A DNA stretch of 64,000 nt from NCBI GenBank assembly GCA_002269645.1, contig NIVC01001771.1:1-64000 (forward strand), given 5' to 3'. A model generated the notes under the pieces. It was not told the origin of the DNA. It was given only the letters and a program-made list of their open reading frames with translations, and did not search any database. The DNA comes from Macrostomum lignano. Taxonomy: Eukaryota. Positions 1-12,384 of this stretch are shown one piece after another (the stretch's first letter is position 1; every line of letters starts with the position of its first letter). The translations under genes and the position numbers were made by a program.

Positions 1-204
1 TTTATCATGATAAATTCAATTGTTAGCTACAAAACTGGCACCTAAGGCACTAAATTCAGTTGCAAATTGCCATTTGCTATTGTTTATTATTCAATTGAAG
101 ACAAGCTAAAAATATTTAGATTCAAACAAGCTAATAGTAGAATCTGTTTTACTAAATATATTAATATTTTAATGTAAACAGTGGTAATGTAGCTTGCTTT
201 AAAA

Positions 205-414
205 TTAGCAAAAGAGCAAACATCAAAACAAACATTTAATCTATTTAAACTGCCGACGCATTTCGTCCAAAGCGGACATCTTCAGGGCAAACAAATTATT
301 GAAAACACAAACAAGAATGTATTTAAATTAAATTGATTTAATCGATTTAAATTAAATGTTTGCCCTGAAGATTTTTGCCCTAAATGTTTGTTTTGATGTT
401 TGCTCTTTTGCTAA
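205..414. mobile_element. Inverted-duplicated repeat, probable Penelope-like pseudo-LTR remnant
   Basis: Perfect 34-bp inverted repeat (205-238 vs 381-414) and nested 16-bp inverted repeat (278-293 vs 357-372); one arm carries the hammerhead. Confidence 0.55.
250..290 (-). ncRNA. Type I hammerhead ribozyme (Penelope-like element type)
   Basis: Minus strand reads UUGCC-CUGAAGA-U-GUCC-GCUUU-GGAC-GAAA-UGC-GUC/GGCAG: core CUGANGA and GAAA, 4-bp stem II, minimal stem III, GUC cleavage triplet and stem I (UUGCC pairs GGCAG). Confidence 0.75.
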
Positions 415-2213
415 ATGTAAACACTTCAGTGAGGATCATATGACTTGCTAATGTAAAAACAATGCAAATTTTAATTATTAAAAAATTAGGTTTTTACAAA
501 TTAATAACTCTATAATGCATTTACATAAAATAAAAAGCAATATATAAAACTTGAAAGAGAAAACAATACTTTTTATAGAGAAAACTTTTGATTGAAAAAT
601 AACCCTATTTATCTGGCTTTCATTGAGATGATAACAATGTCATCTTTTTTATAAAATGGCTTTTAACTGTGATACTCAAAAAACACTTTAGATCTTACAC
701 TCAAATCTTTTACAACATACACTGGAAAAAGGGGTATGGTTGAAATCATCATATTCTAAATTGTCATATGATGATGACAACTTGGCCAATCTATAAGACT
801 TTACCATTTGAATATGAAAAATGTCAAATTTCTTGGAATTAAAGCCAAATTAAACAAAATAACATAGGACCCTAGGCCTAAAATAAATTAATTTTAAAGC
901 ACATTTTTATAATAGCTAAGGAATAATATCTTAATTGAAGTTTAAAAATATATCTGCTTCTAATTTTAGTTATCAAACTGTTACATCATAATCTTTCTAT
1001 CATTCATTCCTAGTTAAACTTTGAAATTCAGCAAGACTATTAACTTTAATATAGGAATTAATCCAAGGCTTCACATCTTTTAAGTGGATGGTATGAATAT
1101 AATTAAAAGTTGAAAATCATTTTGTTGGCAAACAAGAACATTTTGCTATTATATGAGAGCCAAGATCCTTGCATAGCCAATAAAACATAATATAATAATT
1201 TAGTGAATCTAGCATGGTCTAAGTGCAAAGATGATGACAATTTAGATAATTTAGTTGTTTTTTTGTAACCTGCATATGACAATCTTGAATAGGCCTATGA
1301 CAATTTTAGCCAGAGTCAGAAAAAGTGATCCTTGTACCATAAATTCAAGTTTATGCCAAAAAACAAATTTACTATATATATATATACTAGTATCTATATA
1401 TATATAATATATATATATATATACTAGACATTATCAAAAAAGCAATGCAACAATAAAGGACATTTTTGTGTTTCAACAATAAAGGACTGACCATTACAAT
1501 ATTTTGGTCTTTTGTATAATAATAGCTACACTATATAGTGGCTCTGTGGCACAATTATCTAGTGTATATATATAAGATTTAAGAGTAGGATTTAGATACA
1601 AATAAATGTGTTTTGTATTTTTAAATCATTAGAAAATGCAAAGCAAAGTTTTCAATTTTTAACAAATGAATTGATATGATTTTTATATTATTATTTTTAC
1701 TTTTTTAATAGGTTAAGCTTAGCTTTGTTCTTTTCTGTTTTGAAACAACTTTTATATGCTAAGTTATGTCTACTATAAAAGAAAAATAGGCCTAAATTAT
1801 TAAAGGTACTGGTTATAATGAAAATGGCAAAAATGTTTTTCTGTAGTTTAACTTTAACCATATATTTTAGATCTATAATTATCTTTTAAAGCATTGTTAT
1901 AAGGGTTTTTAGCTATTTAGCTATAGGCCCTATTATTTGATCAATTGATAATGGATAAAAAAGCTAAAAATGATAGATTGGCTATTAGGCATAGAAATTT
2001 GTTAGGTAAAAAAGTTATATAAAAATTAATAAAAACCAAGTTTGCAGGCCAAGTCCAAAATTGCACCAACAAAGGTGATTACTTATAATAAATGAATAGC
2101 CGAAGCTAACACTTGAATTTTCAGTCAAGGGTGCCAAATCAGAGCACCAAACTCTTACAAGTGAATCATTGACAATCTATTATATATTAATTGATATTGT
2201 TTATCACACATGC

Positions 2214-2365
2214 GCAACCTTGGGAATCACTCGGCCATTTCTATTGGCAACACACATGTAAGTTGTTATTGGTTGAGAGCAATCACGTGACTACTATTCC
2301 GTCCAATAGCAACTTACACATGTGTGTGTTGTCAATAGAAATGGCCAGGTGAATCCCTAGGTTGC
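2214..2365. mobile_element. ~150-bp imperfect palindrome, MITE-like
   Basis: gcaaccttgggaatcac..ggccatttctattggcaacacacatgtaagttg..ttattgg mirrors ccaatagcaacttacacatg..gttgtcaatagaaatggcc..gtgaatccctaggttgc. Confidence 0.5.
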
Positions 2366-3599
2366 ATCCAAGCATGTTGTTTATTAAAACAAAACTACAT
2401 TATAAAACAATTATACAAAATTATATAAATACATATAGTAAAGAGTATAGTAAAAGATAAATACAATACAGATATTATAATACAAATACAGCAGATATAA
2501 AGTAAATATGAAATTGTTTACTTTTAAATTACCTACTTAGATATGTTACATACTCATGAAAAATTTCAATTCTAGGATTGCAGTATACCCTAAGAATGGG
2601 ATACCTTGGCTTAGCTAGGTATGACAAAAATATGCCACGTGGCTGATAACTTGTTATTTTCATGCAAAAACAGTAGGGCCCTATCTTAGTTATGTCAGAT
2701 CCAAGATTAAATTAAGCCAATTAACTGGGCCCTACAACTGTGACCACCAATCCATAACATATTTATATTAATAATATAATATTATTATATAATATATATA
2801 TATATATATATATAATAGGACTAGGCAGGCCGAGTTGTCATTGACTCGTTGTCAATCTCATCAGACATGTATGATACATAATGTATGTAGAAATATGTAG
2901 AAAAATGTAGAAGTAGAATGTAGAAGGAAATATGTAGGCCTAGTCATGTAGAAATATTAACACAAAAGACAGGTAGGCCTAGTCGAAAAAAACAGCAGTG
3001 CTATTCAACCAAAGTAGTACGCCTATTGCACTTATTAATGCAACAGACCAACAGAAAAATAAAGCTACCCCCACAATGTTCGTGTAGGCGGGCTAGGCTA
3101 GCAGCAGCGTAGCTAGCGCTAGCGGCGACCGGCTATAGCGGGCCCAGTAATTTATGAAAGAATGTTTGAATATATAAAAAATGGTGTTGATTGTGTTCTT
3201 TAAAATTAATACAAATACTTTTCAATTGAATTTTATTTGCTAGCTTCGGCTTTTAGACCAATTTCTCCCTGTTTGAATGGTTCCAATCATTTATTTTGTT
3301 TTTATATCCTAGGAGCAAAACTGTGCCAACGTTTGAGGGTTAGGCCAGGGTTTAGTGAGAAAAATATGACATTTTTCGATACTAAATAATTAAGTACGCT
3401 TACAACTGAAGAAAGGTCGTCTTGGTTTGAACAGCAGCTTCAATTTTCTTCCCGACCCATCGCGACTTGTAACTGCAATATTCTTATTAGTATCAGCGTT
3501 ACTTCTCACATTGCGCAATCCTTATATCTGATATAGCATTGGCCTGGTAGTTTTAAAAAACTAGTAAAGTCCGCGGTTATTTTTTACGATTTTAAAGTC

Positions 3600-4440
3600 A
3601 AAAAGGTGCAGTTTCAACCAAGAACCACTGTTGTATGACTTGACTGCTTACTTGACTTGGCTGCAGGGGGCAGCTCCGTGCATCCGCGGATGCAGCAATG
3701 GAGTAGGCGTTGCCCCCCCATTTTGCTAACCCCTGGCGACCATGGGCAGCTAGTGCTGCGGTGTCGCGCATGGAGATCCGGTGGTGCTGGTGTCCGCAGC
3801 ATGGTCCCCCTTTGCTTCCGGAGAGTCCAGGAGGTTGCATGGATGGTCGCTCACCCGCGGTATAGCCTCTGTAGGTAGCGGACGAGCTGGCAGATCAGGT
3901 TCTCGAGCCTGAAAACGTCGGAGAGGTCGGCCGGCCGTTTGGGCCAAGGTAGGTGAGCCTGTCCTGAGTAAAGGCGGGGCATTCACAGAAGAAGTGCTCC
4001 GCATTCTCGACACCAGATCTAGAGAGGCTGAATGGGCACTCCTCACTACGGATTTTTCCCTGCTGGAGGTGGCGACGCCTGGCAAAACAGCCATGACCCG
4101 AGAGGGCCATAGTCACCGCCCTGATATCCCTGCGGAATTGAGTCCAACAAGCAGGGCCCTGCGCAGGGCGGAGGAAGGACAGGGGACAGCCGCGCGGGAT
4201 TGCCGGCAGTCGGGGGCGTTAGCCCACCTCTCCCTGTGCTTTGAAGCCATGCACCCACTGGTTGATCCGAATGCATGGTGACAACGGCGGTGGGGGTGGG
4301 TGCCACGGGCAGTGGACCAGTAAAAGAACCGGTCGAGCCAGCCTTGGCCAGGCGATCGGCCAACTCGTTGCCAGGGTGGCCCGAGTTCCGGGGGATCCAC
4401 CTTAGGAACACCTTGTTTGAGGCGCCTAAGCGGTCCTTCC
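3600..4440 (-). mobile_element. Decayed 3' fragment of a non-LTR retrotransposon (RNase H C-terminus + C-terminal Zn knuckle; I/LOA/Tad1/R1-like)
   Basis: [25 protein letters not shown] (RNase H W..GH.G..GNE.AD.LAK) and ALSGHGCF..CPF..ENAEHFFCECPAF in different frames (frameshifted). Confidence 0.85.
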
Positions 4441-5988
4441 CCCAGACGCGCTGATTTCTGTATAACACGTACACAACATGCAGTGGTCCAGCTTGGTTTC
4501 CACGTCCTACATGTATGTATAGTTGTGCGGAGATGAATATGGCATGCAATATCGAGTATACGTAGCTTTGGTTAGATAAGATAAGATAAGTACATGTATT
4601 ACATGTATGTACACTACCTGAAATGGTTTGTGATAAAAAATAACGTAATTAAAAAGCGAGAATTTATAAATTCATCCGAAGAAATATTTGATCAAACAGG
4701 ATACGCTGTACACGCGGAATATCAATTCCTTTTGTGCTTTGGCACTTCTTGATCTACATGTATATGTAAATTTTCTTTTTTCATGTTATTTAACGTTATA
4801 CGGCCAATTCAAATCGAGATCAATAATGGGTACGCATGTACCTTGGCCACTACCGCATATGCATTAACTGGCATCAACTTTGTTTGTTGAAATTAACGCC
4901 TTAATTATATGTACACGTTGAAAGTCTGCTCAGTCCTCGGGGTCTGTGTTGCATAATGATCTTGGAATCTATATTTTGATTCATTTGAAGCGGTTGTGCA
5001 TATGTACATGAACAGTACAGCAGTACAGTAGTAATTGTATATGCAAAGCGCACCTAGTACGTAATGCATATTATGTACATTAACATGTACTACTCGTACG
5101 ACTATATATGCATTTAGTACAGATCTTGGCTCACAAGAACAAAATGAACACGACCTCGAACTTAATTATTGCCCAGCTTAAGCATACAGAATCAATCTGA
5201 GAAGAACATGGTACACTGTATGAGTCACTTCTAGAATCAAAACAATCTAGAGTCAAAAGTAAAGTATGCCTAGCGCTTTAATCTGAAAATTATGATTGGC
5301 AACAACTTTATCGACTCGGCAAATCAAGGTAGGAATTGTTTGTTTAATTTGCTTATTAATTAAATATAGTGCCGAAAACCATTGGCCCTGCAGTCTGTAA
5401 TTATTTGAGATCGATCGTTAGTTACCATTGGTCAGGCAGTTTCCGGTCTCTGGATGCATCTCTCTCGCTCACAATGCACATACAGTCTGAGCAAGTCGAC
5501 GGCAGCTTAATTGCACCTAGCAACCGTGTGGGTATCGATCCAATTTTGCTAGCCCAGAGGTCCGCACTCCAGCTCTTCACAGTCGGACTGCAGCTTGACA
5601 GTGGAATTATGAGAGGAAAAAACAAAGCGAGCGCGGGGGAGAGGAGCAGAGGGAGCAGAGGAGCAGCTGCGGGGAGTTTGCCGACCCATCAATATTGTCG
5701 CTTACTCTGGCAGGACTGGGACGATTGACCAGAGTCGCACACTCGCCGCGACAGGCCCCTAGCTCTGCACACAGAGAGCTCTGACTGCTATTGGCCAGAG
5801 GGAAGTGATACGCCGACGGCCAGAAGTGCAGAATTGAATCGACCAATTGTGCATAGCCCGCCTTCAGCTCTCCCTCTCGCTCCTCTCGGCACCGATTCAT
5901 AGCTATTAGCTAGATACTCAAAGCTGGGTTCTCAAACGAAACCAACCATCGCCAAACAGAAATCAGCAGCGGCTATAGGCAGCAAGCC

Positions 5989-6855
5989 ATGACAGCCTCT
6001 ACAGTCGCGCCGACAAAACCTGGAAACTCCAGCGCTGCTACTCCCGAACCGGATGGCCTACCGGTATTGGAAAGATGCCACGAGCAGCTCTGGTATTTGC
6101 ACCTGATCTCCGTGCTGGCCAGCCTGGCCATCGGGCCGCTGATCATCCTGATGTCGCGGCTAGTTGGCTCCGCCCTGTCCGCGGCCTTCGCCCACGTCGG
6201 ACCGTTGAGAAGCGCCGTGGTCGCTCAGGCCGACGCAGAATTGTCACTGGCCTCAAAAATTGAGTCGAAAAAAGCGAAAAAGAAGCGAAAGAAGCAGCAG
6301 CAGCGGCGCACCTGCTCCTCGGCTGTGCGCGACTGGGCGGCCGGACTGCTGTGCGCCCAGACTCGCTTCGGGCTCGGCCTCATGCTGGTCGCCTTCTTCC
6401 TCAGCATGGCGTCGTTCGCTATCTATGCCACGGTGGCGGCAGCCCTTGACGGTCTGGTTGAGTACTGCACCAGCCTGACCCGGTGGCCGCTGATTAGCGT
6501 CGACCTCGGCCTCAACTGCTTCTTTGGCGTGCACTTTATGCTGCGCTGCCTGGCCGCTCAGGACAAATTGGCCTTCTGGCTGGAGTTCCAGTCCATCATT
6601 GACTACTGCACAGTGCCGTCCACTCTACTGGGCGCCTGTATCGGCCACTACTGGCTGGGCCTGCGGTTCATGCGCGGCCTCCGGCTGCTGGTCCTGCCGG
6701 ACCTGCTGCTGCACCTCGGCTTGGCCCGTAGCGGCTACAGCATCCGCCTGCTGCAGCTGTTCACCATCTTTGTTGGCGTCTGGCTCATCGGGGCTGGCGT
6801 GTTTCACGTGCTGGAGAATTTCGGCGATGTGCACAGGCATTTCGACAAAGATTTT
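5989..6855 (+). CDS. slo1: Slo1/BK calcium-activated K+ channel alpha subunit, exon 1 (S0-S5)
   Basis: DWAAGLLCAQT..DLGLNCFF..LRCLAAQDKLAFWLE..WLGLRFMRGLRL..VLENFGD matches Slo1 S0-S5; donor GTGAGA at 6856, phase 0. Confidence 0.93.
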
Positions 6856-7284
6856 GTGAGAACTTTTGTTTAAAAGTGGAGCAGAGTTGCTTTTAAATGA
6901 AGTATAGCCCCCAGCACGTGGCTGGATAGAGTGACGGTACATGCGTACATAAGTACACAAAATGCTACAGCAAAGTGAAATAGGCAAATTTCTGCTGAAA
7001 CTTACTAGGCGTATTAATCGCCACAGTTGATGCCAAGTCGAGGTACTGAGTATAGCAGGATTTACTATTTACAAAACACTCAAATATCAACTACAGCACT
7101 TCTTTCCAAGAAATGCGACAACTGGCCTGCAAACCAAACACATTTCTGGGAAATACGACTGCATGTCGCATTCTTCTACTCAATCGTCGAATTGCTTTGT
7201 CGTCAATGTGATGGTTTATATGGATGTTCTGAATAGAAGTTAGTCCCAGTCACAACGGTCGAGAGCCTGTCGCGGAGACTCTGA

Positions 7285-7735
7285 CTACCTTCTCCAGCAG
7301 ATTTGGCCGCTTCTTGCGGACGGCTGGTCGCAATTTCTCTTGCAGCAGTCAGGAACAGTAGGCTCCATTGAGAATTGTTCCGACTGGCACTTCCAGGTCT
7401 TCACACGTTTGTTGGCGATCTTCTGCCAGCAGGTGCTGAACGCGTGCCATTGTCGACTCATCAGTCGCGGTTTGCGGCCTCCCAGAGCGGTCGTCGTCTT
7501 CAACAGAGGTGCGTCCTTCGCTGAACAGCCTGAACCACTTTCGCACCGTCGGTTCTGACAGAGACAAGGGCCCAAAAACATGTACGAGTATATGGGCTTT
7601 TCGCCCTACAAAAACTAGAACTTCAAGGTTGTGCTTCGTGAAAGATTCCTGGGTGGCCATTTGCCAACAAAGTGCTGAAATTCAAATTGCAGCTGTTAAG
7701 AACAGAATGCAGCTGAGAAGCCGAAATTTTACGTA
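7285..7735 (-). mobile_element. Tc1/mariner transposase N-terminal fragment (in slo1 intron 1)
   Basis: TVRKWFRLFSEGRTSVEDDDRSGRPQT..RVQHLLAEDRQ.T is the mariner HTH signature (W..F..G...ED..RSGRP); truncated before the DDD domain. Confidence 0.85.
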
Positions 7736-8506
7736 GGTAAAGCCAACAAACTGGAAAATGTTTTGGTACAATATGATGTTTGTGTGTCAATCACTCCGTT
7801 GACACTCAACGGAACCCTCAATAGCTCGTAGTGTGATTTACTTTCTCGATAGTGCATTTTTAAGGGTAAATTCAGCCTTCAAAAGATTTTCTAAGAAAGG
7901 CAGCTCGTATTTTCTTCCTACTGTTTACATAAATCATTGAGAAGGCGCTACTTGCTCACCAAACTGTGAGTTACCTTAGCTACGTCTCAAATTTATAGTG
8001 CCTTGTGAGATATCTACTTGTCATTCAATCATCTAATCTATGCTATTTTAGATAAATAAAATCAATAATCGCTATTCACTAGCACTGGCTCAATCGAAAT
8101 CACATATATCTCGATTGAAAAAAAATTTCAAGAAATTTGTACCCAATTATAGTAACGATATTTAGTATATTTTTATACAAAACATTTTAGCTCCATACAG
8201 TAAGTAAAAGCAGTTTTCAACAGTTGAATAATTGATTAAATAAGCCATCGGTCTTCGGCAACGCAGAGCTGCCAAGCCTAATGTTTGCACACCTCTTTGC
8301 AGGGTTGAAATTAATAACCTGCGTTATGAGACGCAGAGCTTAACAAAAATAAAGGCTCGTCCGGTTCATTCTCCAGCGAGCTGGCAGAGACGGGCGAACA
8401 AACAGCAGAGTTGACACAGCGGCTGCTGCTGTTGTGAGACCTGCTGCTCAACCCTTCCCCTGACTGAGCCTGGGAGATTGTTAAGACATAAAAAAGTGCT
8501 CAAACG

Positions 8507-8520
8507 GTAACCATGGAAAC
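8507..8520. promoter_or_regulatory. Candidate RFX X-box
   Basis: GTAACCATGGAAAC fits the 14-bp X-box near-palindrome; motif match only. Confidence 0.35.
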
Positions 8521-9058
8521 CAACAGTTTCAGGCTTTTAAACTGGGGCAGTATACAACAGTATATAAAAAGACATGAGCAAACTATAAAGAACCTGAACT
8601 TTTGGCAATCACTGTATAAGGCATTATTTGTTCTAGCAAGGAGGAATTACTGTTGCACACCGGAATTTATAAATGAAAACTAGGACTTGAGCTCTTGGCT
8701 AAGTTCTTCTAGAAGGGCGTTTAGATTGTACTACTAGTTATTGCTTGTTTCTTGTGTACTTTAACTGCTGATTAACATGTATAATTTCTATACTAGGGTT
8801 AGATAATTTAGACTATTTGGACTGCTGAATTATTGGAAAAGGTGTGATACACTTGGTAATATTCACGAAAAAGAATGTAAAATTTGAGGTGTGAATAAAA
8901 GAAATTAAGTCTCGAAGTGGAACTGTACACATCTTTACAGATACGAGTCGGAAAAAAATAAAGATATGCAGTGAATCTACAGTTTTGAAGAGATAGTATA
9001 AGTACGAGCTATATAGGAAGTGAGTTGGGACTTTGAGTTAGTAATGAAATGAGGAAAA

Positions 9059-9350
9059 GCAGTGTACAGTGTGATCCGTGAGGAGGGACGAGATTTTAGG
9101 CGTGAGTTGGTGCTTCGGGGTAGGAAAAGAACGGAGATAGGCAGTGTACAGTGTGGAATCTGGGGACGAAAAATCGGGCGTGAGGTGGTGCTTCGGGGTA
9201 GGAAAAGAACGGAGAGAGGCAGTGTACAGTGTGGAATCTGGGGACGAAAAATCGGGCGTGAGGTGGTGCTTCGGGGTAGGAAAAGAACGGAGAGAGGCAG
9301 TGTACAGTGTGGACTCTGGGAACGAAAATCGGGCGTGAGGATGGGCTTCG
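9059..9350. repeat. 78-bp tandem repeat, ~3.5 copies
   Basis: gcagtgtacagtgtggaatctggggacgaaaaatcgggcg... recurs at 9141, 9219, 9297. Confidence 0.9.
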
Positions 9351-9474
9351 GGTAGGAAGAGAATGGAAAGAAAGAAATATTGTACATTTTGATGCGAGAC
9401 TTTGGTTAAGAAAAACAAAATTTATTGCATGACTTATTCCCTATTTGCACACAATAAATGTAACGCTATCGCAG

Positions 9475-9795
9475 AACATCGGCTTCGGAGACAGCCTGTA
9501 CTTCACAATAGTGACAATGAGCACGGTCGGTTATGGTGACATCTCGCCCAGAACCGACTCAGGCCGCGTGTTTGCCTGCCTGTACATCCTGTTCGCGCTG
9601 AGCGTCTTCGCCTCGCATATCCCAGAGATGGCGCAGATGCTCACTAGCAGAAGTCCGTACGCTGGCAGCTACAGGAAGGAGACTGGTCGGCCACACCTGG
9701 TGGTCTGCGGCGCCGTGTGCCAGAATGCGATGGAGAGCTTCCTGGCCGACCTGCTGCACAAAGATAGAAAACAGGCCACAGCACGCAATCTACAG
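9475..9795 (+). CDS. slo1: Slo1/BK exon 2 (pore, S6, start of RCK1)
   Basis: TMSTVGYGD selectivity filter, HLVVCG, LLHKDR; acceptor gcag|AAC, donor at 9796, phase 0/0. Confidence 0.95.
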
Positions 9796-9924
9796 GTGCT
9801 AGAAGTTGATTATCACTGATTGGCTGCAAATCGCTGATCGCGTAGGGATTAGAACTGAAAGAGTATAACTAAATTTAGCAAACACACAACACCCTGCTGC
9901 CAAGGCGCCAACCACCTCAATTAT

Positions 9925-10325
9925 TCATTAAATGGAGACACGGCCTCCACCCCAAACCACCCCGTAATTAGAGCTAAATGGAGGCACCCACCACCACAAA
10001 CCACCCCGTAATTAGAGCTAAATGGAGACACCCACCAACCACCACAAACCACTCCGTAATTAGAGCTAAATGGAGGCACCCACAACCACCACAAACCACT
10101 CCGTAATTAGAGCTAAATGGAGGCACCCACCACCACGAAGCATTAAAGTAAATAAATAGAGGCTCCCACCACCTCAAACCACTTAAGTAATTCAATAGAG
10201 GCTCCCACCACCACAAATCACTTAAGTAATTCAATAGAGGCTCCCACCACCACAAAACACCCCAGTAATAATGTGATAAATGGAGGCACCCAGACAAACC
10301 ATGGAGGTAAATGGAGGACCCACAA
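9925..10325. repeat. ~43-46-bp degenerate tandem repeat (slo1 intron 2)
   Basis: ccaccacaaaccaccccgtaattagagctaaatggaggcacc units. Confidence 0.85.
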
Positions 10326-10420
10326 TCCCAAAACAACCCAGTTCATTTGGAAGTCAAACACGACCCTCTCAAGCCAAGGTGGGAATCCAATCAAGATCCA
10401 ATCATTTCAACCTCCCTCAG

Positions 10421-10533
10421 GTTGTCTGCATCGGCCAGTTCATACCGGACCTAGAATTCCAGGGCCTTTTAAAGCGACACTTTCGCAAGCTGGCCTTTTT
10501 TGAGGGCACCATCATGTCGCCAAACGACTGCGC
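10421..10533 (+). CDS. slo1: Slo1/BK exon 3 (RCK1)
   Basis: VVCIGQFIPDLEFQGLLKRHFRKLAFFEGTIMSPNDC ~ [36 protein letters not shown]; ccctcag acceptor, gtaagt donor (phase 2). Confidence 0.9.
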
Positions 10534-10749
10534 GTAAGTTTCCGATGAAAACTGTTTGTGTCTGTTAAAAGCTATCTATCACCGCAATATTGGTGGCTCC
10601 CCTGGTACAAATCGATATTGTTTCACTCAGACATATTGCTCACTACCGACTCGCATCTTTGTGTGCTCATTTTTGCCGCTTCTTTCTGACAGTTCTTTTT
10701 GCTTCTGGCTCACAAGCTTTGCTTCTGGCACATTGACTGCTGTGTCGCT

Positions 10750-12190
10750 AGCTTCTGAAAAACAGCTGTCGTCTCTGACAAACAGCTGTCGTCTCTGACA
10801 AACAGCTGTCGCTTCTGACAAACAGATGTCGCTTCTGACAAACATCTCTCGCTTCTGACAAACAGCTGTCGCTTCTGACAAACATCTCTCTCTTCTGACA
10901 AACATCTCTCGCTTCTGACAAACATCTATCGCTTCTGACAAATAGCTGTCGCTTCTGACAAATAGCTGTCGCTTCTGACAAACAGCTGTCGCTTCTGACA
11001 AACATCTCTCTCTTCTGACAAACATCTCTCGCTTCTGACAAACATCTCTCGCTTCTGACAAATAGCTGTCGCTTCTGACAAATAGCTGTCGCTTCTGACT
11101 AACAGCTGTCGCTTCTGACAAACATCTCTCGCTTCTGACAAACATCTATCGCTTCTGACAAACAGCTCTCGCTTCTGACAAACAGCTGTCGTCTCTGACA
11201 AACAGCTGTCACTTCTGACAAACATCTATCGCTTCTGACAAACAGCTGTCGCTTCTGACAAACAGCTCTCGCTTCTGACAAACAGCTCTCGCTTCTGACA
11301 AACAGCTCTCGCTTCTGACAAACAGCTGTCGTCTCTGACAAACAGCTGTCGCTTCTGACAAACATCTCTCTCTTCTGACAAACAACTCTCGCTTCTGACA
11401 AACATCTCTCGCTTCTGACAAATAGCTGTCGCTTCTGACAAATAGCTGTCGCTTCTGACTAACAGCTGTCGCTTCTGACAAACATCTCTCGCTTCTGATA
11501 AACATCTATCGCTTCTGACAAACAGCTCTCGCTTCTGACAAACAGCTGTCGTCTCTGACAAACAGCTGTCACTTCTGACAAACATCTATCGCTTCTGACA
11601 AACAGCTGTCGCTTCTGACAAACAGCTCTCGCTTCTGACAAACAGCTCTCGCTTCTGACAAACAGCTCTCGCTTCTGACAAACAGCTGTCGTCTCTGACA
11701 AACAGCTGTCGCTTCTGACAAACAGCTGTCGCTTCTGACAAACAGCTCTCGCTTCTGACAAACAGCTGTCGCTTCTGACAAACAGCTCTCGCTTCTGACA
11801 AACAGCTGTCGCTTCTGACAAACATCTATCGCTTCTGACAAATAGCAGTCGCTTCTGACAAACAGCTGTCGCTTCTGACAAACAGCTGTCGCTTCTGACA
11901 AACAGCTCTCGCTTCTGACAAACAGCTGTCGTCTCTGACAAACAGCTGTCACTTCTGACAAACATCTATCGCTTCTGACAAACAGCTCTCGCTTCTGACA
12001 AACAGCTCTCGCTTCTGACAAACAGCTCTCGCTTCTGACAAACAGCTCTCGCTTCTGACAAACAGCTCTCGCTTCTGACAAACAGCTGTCGCTTCTGACA
12101 AACAGCTGTCGCTTCTGCGCTTCTGACAAACAGCTGTCGCTTCTGACAAATAGCTGTCGCTTCTGACAAACAGCTCTCGCTTCTGACACG
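10750..12190. repeat. 20-bp minisatellite, ~70 copies (slo1 intron 3)
   Basis: (AACAGCTGTCGCTTCTGACA)n with a 360-bp higher-order period (11041 block = 11401 block). Confidence 0.97.
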
Positions 12191-12384
12191 CATCTATCAT
12201 TTTGACATTTATTATTTATTATTAGAAGAACAGACTCATACAAATGGAGTAAAATATCAAGACCACTGAGTCTGATAAACGTGATAAATGCGGGGGCAGG
12301 CTGTATCCTCTACTAATGTTGCTGAATGCACAGAATCCAGAGGTAAAAACAACCTATCTACACGGTAACCAACCACTCATTCAG

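Noticed and set aside
2825-2870. Second hammerhead-like motif on the minus strand (CTGATGA + ATTGAC/GTCAAT stem)
   Set aside because: GACAAC replaces GAAAC and no stem I partner or NUH site follows.
9418-9431. AATTTATTGCATG resembling my recollection of a flatworm spliced-leader 3' end
   Set aside because: Short AT-rich match from unverified memory; no following GT donor or Sm site, so not an SL RNA gene.
10627-12243. Overlapping Cys/Arg-rich ORFs (FVRSDSCLSEATAVCQKR)
   Set aside because: A 20-bp period gives the same peptide in all three frames; intronic minisatellite.
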